Source: Sphingobacteriaceae bacterium (lineage in GTDB: Bacteria > Bacillota > Sulfobacillia > Thermaerobacterales > RSA17). Taken from it: a stretch of DNA of 64,000 nt. A program made the position numbers and the translations under genes. The DNA lies in NCBI GenBank assembly GCA_035303785.1, contig DATGRI010000030.1, positions 22,047 through 86,046 on the forward strand, in the 5' to 3' direction. The notes under the pieces were generated by a model that searched no databases, was not told the origin of the DNA, and saw nothing but the letters and a program-made list of their open reading frames with translations. This document shows, piece after piece, positions 55,784 through 64,000 of this stretch. Position 1 is the stretch's first letter; each line of letters starts with the position of its first letter.

Positions 55784-56020
55784 TCAACGTCGCCTCCCCT
55801 TTGCCACGTATCGGCGGGCGCCCATGATGTCCCGCCGGCCCGCCAGGGCCCAAGGGTGACCGCCCACCGGCGCCGCCGGGCTGACGGCCCGCAGCCGCCA
55901 CGGCCTGGCCTCTTCCGCCATGTGGGCTGCCAGGGCGCCCATGATGGCCGCCACCACCCGGGCCGGCACCTTCCCTCCCCCGAAGTTCCCACGGGGATTC
56001 CATGTCATCGGTCCGCTCAC
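55784..56020 (-). CDS. small subunit-like ORF of the carboxyltransferase complex (OadG / epsilon-like, tentative)
   Basis: 78 aa. It fills the gap exactly: its stop abuts the biotin-carrier ATG and its start is 14 nt after the carboxyltransferase stop. Contains ARVVAAIMGALAAHMAEE. Two alternative frames overlap it. Confidence 0.45.
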   Translation of the reverse strand: MSGPMTWNPRGNFGGGKVPARVVAAIMGALAAHMAEEARPWRLRAVSPAAPVGGHPWALAGRRDIMGARRYVAKGRRR

Positions 56021-56034
56021 CTACTCCTGATTCC

Positions 56035-57588
56035 CTAAAGGGGAATGTTGCCGTGCTTCTTCTCCGGCACGGTCACCCGCTTACCGCCCAGGCTGGCCAG
56101 CATCTCCGCCAGCACCCGCCGGGTCTCCGACGGCCGGATGACGGAGTCCACGTAGCCGCGGCCGGCCGCCACATAGGGGTTGGCGAAGCGCTCCCGGTAC
56201 TCGGCCACCAGTTCCGCCCGCTTGGCCTCGGGATCGGGCGCCGCGGCGATTTCCCGGCGGAAGATGATGTTGCACGCCCCTTCGGGTCCCATGACGGCTA
56301 CCTCCGCCGTAGGCCACGCCACAGCATAGTCGGCGGCCAAGGCCCGGCAGCACATGGCGATGTAGGCGCCGCCGTAGGCTTTGCGCATGATTACCGAAAT
56401 GGTGGGCACGGTGGCCTCGGCGTAGGCGTACAGCACCTTGGCCCCGTGGCGGATGATGCCCCCGTGCTCCTGGTTGCTCCCCGGCAGGTAGCCCGGCGTG
56501 TCCACAAAGGTGATGATGGGGATGTTGTAGGCATCGCACATGCGCACGAAGCGGGCGATCTTGTCGGAAGAATCGATGTCCAGGACGCCCGCCAGGATGC
56601 GGGGCTGGTTGGCCACCACCCCTACGGCATGGCCGTTGAGACGGGCCAGGCCCACCACGCAGTTGGTGGCGAACCGCTCATGGACTTCAAAGAAGGAGCC
56701 TTCGTCCACCACGGCCCCGATGACGTCCCGCACTTCGTAGGGCTTGTTGGGGTCCGTGGGAATCAGGTCATCCAAGTAGCCGATGTCCCGCTCCACCGGG
56801 TCGCCGGTGGGCTGGTAGGGCGGGTCCTCCAGATTGTTGCTGGGGAAATAGCTCAGCGCCCGCCGGATGTCGGCCAGGCAGGCGCGGTCATCCTCGCAGA
56901 AGAAGTGGGCCACGCCGCTCTTCTGGTTGTGGATGGGCGCCCCGCCCAGGGCCTCGAAGGAAATTTCCTCGCCGATGACCGTCTTGATGACGTCGGGCCC
57001 CGTGATGAACATGTAGCTGGTGTCCTTCACCATGAACACCAGGTCGGTGATGGCGGGGGAATAAACGGCGCCCCCGGCGCACGGGCCCATGATGGCGGAA
57101 ATCTGGGGCACCACGCCGCTGGCCAGGGTGTTGCGGCGGAAGACTTGGGCGAAGCCGTCCAAGGCGTCGATGCCCTCCTGCACCCGGGCGCCGCCGCCGT
57201 CGTTGAGCCCCACGATGGGCGCCCCGTTCTGCACCGCCAGATCCATGATCTTGCAAATCTTTTTGGCCTGCATCTCGCCCAAGCTGCCGCCCAGGACGGT
57301 GAAATCCTGGGCATAGGCATATACCAGCCGGCCGTCGATGAGGCCGAAGCCGGTGACCACGCCGTCTCCCGGAGCCTCCCGCTGGGCCATGCCGAAGTCG
57401 GTGGCCCGGTGATGCACGAAGCGGTCCAGTTCGGTGAAGGTGCCTTCGTCGAACAGCAGGTCCAGCCGCTCCCTGGCCGTCAACTTGCCCCGCTGGTGCT
57501 GCTGGGCGACCCTCTCTTCACCGCCGCCGGCGAAGGCTCGCCGGTTGCGTTCTTCCAGTTCCCGAATCTTGTCCGTCATTGATTCCAC
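56035..57588 (-). CDS. methylmalonyl-CoA / propionyl-CoA carboxyltransferase (12S / beta-chain family)
   Basis: 517 aa with duplicated crotonase-like carboxyltransferase halves, e.g. GGARVQEGIDAL and ITFVDTPGYLPG. Confidence 0.92.
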   Translation of the reverse strand: MESMTDKIRELEERNRRAFAGGGEERVAQQHQRGKLTARERLDLLFDEGTFTELDRFVHHRATDFGMAQREAPGDGVVTGFGLIDGRLVYAYAQDFTVLGGSLGEMQAKKICKIMDLAVQNGAPIVGLNDGGGARVQEGIDALDGFAQVFRRNTLASGVVPQISAIMGPCAGGAVYSPAITDLVFMVKDTSYMFITGPDVIKTVIGEEISFEALGGAPIHNQKSGVAHFFCEDDRACLADIRRALSYFPSNNLEDPPYQPTGDPVERDIGYLDDLIPTDPNKPYEVRDVIGAVVDEGSFFEVHERFATNCVVGLARLNGHAVGVVANQPRILAGVLDIDSSDKIARFVRMCDAYNIPIITFVDTPGYLPGSNQEHGGIIRHGAKVLYAYAEATVPTISVIMRKAYGGAYIAMCCRALAADYAVAWPTAEVAVMGPEGACNIIFRREIAAAPDPEAKRAELVAEYRERFANPYVAAGRGYVDSVIRPSETRRVLAEMLASLGGKRVTVPEKKHGNIPL

Positions 57589-57605
57589 GTGGGTCCCCCC
57601 TACCG

Positions 57606-58037
57606 TTACGACTGTGGCGACGGATCCCCGGTCGTCTCCCGGCGCTGGCAGAACTCCACCAGCACCCCCATGGTGTCGCCGGGATGCACAAAGGCGATCA
57701 AGGCGCCGCCGGCCCCGCGCCGGGGCTTTTCGTCCAGCAGGCGCAGGCCGGCTTCCCGGGCGGCCGCCAGGGCGGCGTTGATATCGTCCACCCGGAAGGC
57801 GATGTGATGCAGTCCGGGACCCCGACGGGCCAGAAAGCGGGCCACGGGGCCTTCATCGTCAATGGGCGCCAGCAGTTCCAGCTTGCAGCCGGTCATGGGG
57901 AGCATGGCCACATCCACCCCTTGATCGGCCACCCGTTCCACCTGGGCGCCCGTCAGGCCGAAGGCCTGTTCGTACAAGGCCAGGGCGGTGGACAAGTCGG
58001 CCACCGCTATGGCTATATGATCCAACCGGCTGAACAT
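57606..58037 (-). CDS. mce: methylmalonyl-CoA epimerase (VOC family)
   Basis: MFSRLDHIAIAV...GPGLHHIAFRVDDI...FVHP. ATG at 58037 preferred. Confidence 0.85.
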   Translation of the reverse strand: MFSRLDHIAIAVADLSTALALYEQAFGLTGAQVERVADQGVDVAMLPMTGCKLELLAPIDDEGPVARFLARRGPGLHHIAFRVDDINAALAAAREAGLRLLDEKPRRGAGGALIAFVHPGDTMGVLVEFCQRRETTGDPSPQS

Positions 58038-58209
58038 GGGAGGGCCACCCCCGATGAACGGCCCGGCCGGTGCCGGGCCCGAGAGCATGGGCTCGACTGA
58101 CGGCTGTTGGGTCCTTTGTATGGTAGCTGCTATTAATGCCAGGTTTTATGACCTGCCTATAAAAACTCTACTTGCCCGGCCCTATGGGGTCAAGGGGAAC
58201 GGCTGCCAA

Positions 58210-58228
58210 GGAAAAAGCCCGGCCTCCC

Positions 58229-58241
<13 letters not shown>
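58210..58241 (-). terminator. intrinsic terminator overlapping the stop codon of the mutase small subunit
   Basis: Minus-strand AGCCCGGCC-CUGAGGGA-GGCCGGGCU followed by UUUUUCC. The TGA stop lies in the loop. Confidence 0.6.
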
Positions 58242-58657
<416 letters not shown>

Positions 58658-58682
58658 CCCCTCCCGGGCTGGACCCGTGATG

Positions 58683-60368
58683 TTAAAAGGCTTCGGCCGG
58701 GCTGTACTCCCCGAACACCTGGCGGAGGGAGTCGCAAATCTCGCCCAACGTGGCGTACACCCGCACCGCTTCCAAGATGTAGGGCAGCAGGTTGTCGGTG
58801 CCCCCGGCGGCCTTTTTCAGTGCCGCCAGGGTCCGCTCCACGGCGGCGTTGTCCCGCTCCGCCCGGAGCCGCTGCAGGGAGGCCTTCTGCTCCTCCACCA
58901 GGGCGGGATCCAGCTTGAGCAGTTCCTCCGGCGGGTCGCTCTCGCCGGTGTAGGCATTGACGCCGACGATGATGCGCTCCTTGGATTCCACCATGCGCTG
59001 GAAGCGGTAGGCGCTTTCCTGGATCTCCCGCTGGATGAAGCCCCGCTCGATGGCCTGGACCGCGCCGCCCATGGCCTCGATGCGGTCCAGGTACTCCTGC
59101 ACTTCCGCCTCGACGGCGTCGGTCAAGGCCTCGATGAAGTAGGAGCCCCCCAAGGGGTCCGCCACGTTGGCCACGCCCGTTTCGTAAGCCAGGATCTGCT
59201 GGGTCCGCAGGGCGATGCGGGCCGAGTGCTCCGTGGGCAGGGCCAGGGCTTCGTCCAGGGCGTTGGTGTGGAGGGACTGGGTGCCCCCCAGAACGGCCGC
59301 CAGGGCCTGGAGCGCCACCCGCACCACGTTGTTCTCGGGCTGCTGGGCCGTCAGGGCCGCTCCCGACGTCTGGGTGTGGAAGCGCAGCAAGGTGGAGCGG
59401 GCGTGCCGGGCGCCGAACCGCTCCTTCATGATGCGGGCCCACAGGCGCCGGGCCGCCCTGAACTTGGCCACTTCCTCGAAAAAGTCCATGTCGGCGTTGA
59501 AGAAGAAGGACAACTGGGGCGCAAACTCGTCCACGCTCATGCCCGCCTGGAGGCCGGCCTCCACGTAGGCGATGGCGTTGGCCAGGGTGAAGGCCACTTC
59601 CTGGACGGCGGTGGCGCCGGCTTCCCGCATGTGGTAGCCCGAGATGGAAATGGTGTTCCAATTGGGCAGGTGCTCCCGGCAGTAGGCGAAGGTGTCCACC
59701 ACCAGGCGCATGGAGGGCGCCGGCGGGAAGATGTAGGTGCCCCGGGCTGCGTATTCCTTCAGGATGTCGTTTTGGATGGTGCCCCGCAGGGCGGTGGGAG
59801 CCACTCCCTGCTTCTCGGCCACGGCGATGTACATGGCCAGGAGCACGGCAGCGGGCGCGTTGATGGTCATGGAGGTGCTGACTTTGTCCAAAGGTATGCC
59901 CGCCATCAACGTTTCCATGTCGGCCAGGGAATCGATGGCCACCCCCACGCGCCCCACTTCACCTTGGGCCATGGGGTGGTCGGAGTCGTAGCCGATTTGG
60001 GTGGGCAGGTCGAAGGCTACGCTCAACCCCGTCTGCCCTTGGCTCAGCAGGTAGTGGTAGCGCCGGTTGGATTCCCGGGCGGAGCCGAAGCCGGCATACT
60101 GGCGCATGGTCCAGAGGCGGCCCCGATACATGGAGGGGTAGACACCCCGGGTGTAGGGATAGGACCCCGGGAGCCCCTCCTGCTCCGCCGGATCCCGGCC
60201 CTCCCGGTCGGCGGGCGTGTACACAGGCTTCAAGGGGATGCCGCCGGCGGTGCGGAACTCATCCTGCCGCTGCCCGAAGCGCTCCACGTAGGGATCGTGC
60301 ACTTCCCGGCGCCAGCGGGCCTCCAGTTCACTCCAGTCGGTGGCAGAGCGGGCCTTGGTGTCGCTCAT
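58683..60368 (-). CDS. methylmalonyl-CoA mutase, large (substrate-binding TIM barrel) subunit
   Basis: TMRQYAGFG (Tyr) and ARGTYIFPP (Arg) match the MCM-specific Tyr89/Arg207 positions rather than the isobutyryl-CoA mutase Phe/Gln. The ATG overlaps the yajC stop (ATGA). Confidence 0.92.
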   Translation of the reverse strand: MSDTKARSATDWSELEARWRREVHDPYVERFGQRQDEFRTAGGIPLKPVYTPADREGRDPAEQEGLPGSYPYTRGVYPSMYRGRLWTMRQYAGFGSARESNRRYHYLLSQGQTGLSVAFDLPTQIGYDSDHPMAQGEVGRVGVAIDSLADMETLMAGIPLDKVSTSMTINAPAAVLLAMYIAVAEKQGVAPTALRGTIQNDILKEYAARGTYIFPPAPSMRLVVDTFAYCREHLPNWNTISISGYHMREAGATAVQEVAFTLANAIAYVEAGLQAGMSVDEFAPQLSFFFNADMDFFEEVAKFRAARRLWARIMKERFGARHARSTLLRFHTQTSGAALTAQQPENNVVRVALQALAAVLGGTQSLHTNALDEALALPTEHSARIALRTQQILAYETGVANVADPLGGSYFIEALTDAVEAEVQEYLDRIEAMGGAVQAIERGFIQREIQESAYRFQRMVESKERIIVGVNAYTGESDPPEELLKLDPALVEEQKASLQRLRAERDNAAVERTLAALKKAAGGTDNLLPYILEAVRVYATLGEICDSLRQVFGEYSPAEAF

Positions 60369-60616
60369 GACTCCTCTTCCTTTTTGATGTAGGCAATGCT
60401 GGTCTTGCTCATTTCTATCTCAACATTATTGCCTACCTGCAGGCGGACGGTGTTCTCGCCGATGGTGGCGATGGTGCCGTGGATGCCGCCGATGGTCACC
60501 ACGTTGTCGCCCCGCTTGAGGCTGCTCAGCATTTCCTGCCGCTTGCGCTGCTGCATCTGCTGCGGCCGGATCATGGTGAAGTAGACCAAGCCCAGCAGCA
60601 GGATCAACGGCAGCAA
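60365..60616 (-). CDS. yajC: preprotein translocase subunit YajC
   Basis: 83 aa. One TM followed by [31 protein letters not shown]. Confidence 0.9.
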   Translation of the reverse strand: MLPLILLLGLVYFTMIRPQQMQQRKRQEMLSSLKRGDNVVTIGGIHGTIATIGENTVRLQVGNNVEIEMSKTSIAYIKKEEES

Positions 60617-60695
60617 GGATACGATGCTAAGTCCTTCCAGTGCCCTCCACTCCCTTCAGCAATTTGAACGGCCCCCCGGAGGCGGGCCGGCGCCG

Positions 60696-62931
<2,236 letters not shown>

Positions 62932-62963
62932 AAACAGCCTCATTCTCTGGATGGTGGTCCCGC

Positions 62964-63185
62964 TCAGCGCCGGGCCAGCAGGTTGAGCAGCAAGGTCAGC
63001 AGGAGGCTGAGCAAGAGGGAGGTGGCCAAGGGGAAAAACACGGTGACGGGCCCCCGCCGCCAGACGATGTCGCCGGGCAGCCGGCCCAAGCCCAGGCGCC
63101 CCGCCAGGATCAGGACGAGCCCCAGCAGAAACAGCGCCCCCCCGATGTACATGAACAGACGGCCTATCTGGCCCAAACCGGACAT
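62964..63185 (-). CDS. DUF2905 small membrane protein
   Basis: 73 aa. GRLPGDIVWRRGPVTVFFPLATSLLLSLLLT. Confidence 0.75.
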   Translation of the reverse strand: MSGLGQIGRLFMYIGGALFLLGLVLILAGRLGLGRLPGDIVWRRGPVTVFFPLATSLLLSLLLTLLLNLLARR

Positions 63186-63255
63186 GATCCTGCCTCCCGG
63201 GCATATTCTACCAAAGGGCCCGGGCCCCGGGGTAAGGCCCCCCTGCTCCCCGCCG

Positions 63256-63858
63256 TCACGGGTCCTTGGGGGCGCCGTGGCTCAAACCTTCGAGAAACTG
63301 CCAGATCTGCCGCTCGCCGTGGACCACCACGCCCTCCTCCAGCAGGCTGCGGTCGCCGGGCAGGAGGTCGGCGGCCGAGAGGCCGGTTTCGGCGTAGATC
63401 TCCCCTTCCGCCGCCGTTCCCCGGTAGACGACGATGCGGCCTTGGGCGATGCCCAAGGTAAAGGTGGCCCCCGTGTCGGGGCACGGTTCGCCGGTGGACC
63501 GGCGCAGTACCACCTGGTCATCGCCGAACTGGGCGATGTGCCACCCCTCCAGCAGTTGGGCCAGCCCTTCCCGGGTAAAGCCGGCCCGGGTCCTGCCGGC
63601 CGGCTCCACCCGGCTGAACAGAAGCCTGCATTCGGTATAAAAGGATTCGAAACGCAGGACGGTTTCCGGGCGGGTCACCACCGGCAGCAGGCTTTCCTGG
63701 TCCAGGCCCGCCTCCACCAGGGAGCCGGGCCCGCCGGGATCGCCGGCGGCCCGCTGCCGCCACCCGGACAGGGCGTAGCCGCCCAGCATCCCCACCAGGA
63801 AGGTGGCGGCCAGGGCCAGGCCCAGGCGGCGACGGGGCGGTTGGAGCCATTGGGACAC
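63256..63858 (-). CDS. BofC-like membrane-anchored protein (tentative)
   Basis: N-terminal TM. The C-terminal half (GWHIAQFGDDQVVLRR...TLGIAQGRIVVYRG...LLEEGVVVHGERQIWQFLEGL) runs parallel to the B. subtilis BofC C-domain pattern (GWTLVEQKKGYVLFRK...GVSDNGVISTFHG...LLKGIPF...). Confidence 0.5.
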   Translation of the reverse strand: MSQWLQPPRRRLGLALAATFLVGMLGGYALSGWRQRAAGDPGGPGSLVEAGLDQESLLPVVTRPETVLRFESFYTECRLLFSRVEPAGRTRAGFTREGLAQLLEGWHIAQFGDDQVVLRRSTGEPCPDTGATFTLGIAQGRIVVYRGTAAEGEIYAETGLSAADLLPGDRSLLEEGVVVHGERQIWQFLEGLSHGAPKDP

Positions 63859-63923
63859 AAGAAACCCTCCTTGTGCCTAGGCTCCCCCGCCGGCGCTGCC
63901 AATATTCGCCTGCCCCGGGGCCG

Positions 63924-64000
63924 TCAGCCGTCGAAGGCGGCCAGAATCTCCTCGGCCATGTCGAAGTTGGCGTACACGTCCTGGACATCGTCGTGGTCTT
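63924..64000 (-). CDS. yebC: YebC/PmpR family regulator, C-terminal 24 codons only (gene runs off the window)
   Basis: Translates as ..DHDDVQDVYANFDMAEEILAAFDG*, the typical YebC C-terminus. Confidence 0.65.
   Translation of the reverse strand, partial: DHDDVQDVYANFDMAEEILAAFDG

Noticed and set aside
55770-56003. Two alternative small ORFs (55770-56003 and 55780-55992) overlap the 78-aa ORF between the carboxyltransferase and the biotin carrier.
   Set aside because: Only the 55784-56020 frame fits the gap without overlapping the flanking genes, and it has a helical hydrophobic segment. The others are Gly/Arg/Pro-rich. Even the chosen frame is kept at low confidence.
58089-58209. AT-rich gap before the epimerase gene, examined for a promoter or riboswitch.
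   Set aside because: Only weak -35/-10 candidates are present (TAGGCA-N18-TAATAG) and there is no recognisable riboswitch core. It is mentioned within the methylmalonyl-CoA finding rather than called as a feature.

Overview
This is a high-GC (roughly 68-70 % by eye) chromosomal window from what looks like an endospore-forming Firmicute. Nearly every gene is on the minus strand. The gene order follows the B. subtilis ylo / yly / ylm / spoIIG / dcw regions, running from high to low coordinates. It starts with a partial yebC, a BofC-like gene, DUF2905, queA, tgt and yajC. Next comes a methylmalonyl-CoA cluster (split mutase, epimerase, carboxyltransferase, small subunit, biotin carrier), a small zinc-ribbon ORF and 5-formyl-THF cyclo-ligase. 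A plus-strand tRNA-Ala(CGC) follows. The cell-wall and division block is mraZ-rsmH-ftsL-pbp-murE-murF-mraY-ftsW-murG-murB-murA-ftsQ-ftsZ, then spoIIGA-sigE-sigG-spoIIR. After that come ylmC, pgeF, a HlyD-like protein, yggS, sepF, yggT, divIVA and yggU, then a T-box leader with ileS. Further on are an Asp/Glu racemase, DUF5665, a DksA-like gene, lspA, rluD, rqcH (plus strand) and a hypothetical gene. An opine-dehydrogenase-family gene plus a B12-domain-like gene sit next, then a Ca-type P-ATPase, yicC, remA, gmk, rpoZ, coaBC, priA, a def-fmt fusion, a Zn peptidase, rsmB, rlmN, PP2C, pknB, rsgA, rpe and a partial spoVM. I saw no transposase, integrase, phage, CRISPR, toxin-antitoxin or recognisable defence genes. 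I cannot point to a convincing new multi-gene system; this is mostly an ordinary core region. The leads most worth a second look are: (1) a two-gene operon that interrupts ylo synteny, pairing a non-canonical B12-domain/unknown 400-aa domain protein with an opine-dehydrogenase-family enzyme; (2) a 160-bp repeat-dense element bounded by inverted repeats next to tRNA-Ala; (3) a single-ORF Def-Fmt fusion; (4) spoIIR placed directly behind sigG; (5) a dcw cluster lacking ftsA and murD. All functional calls come from reading the translated ORFs for motifs and synteny. No database search was run.
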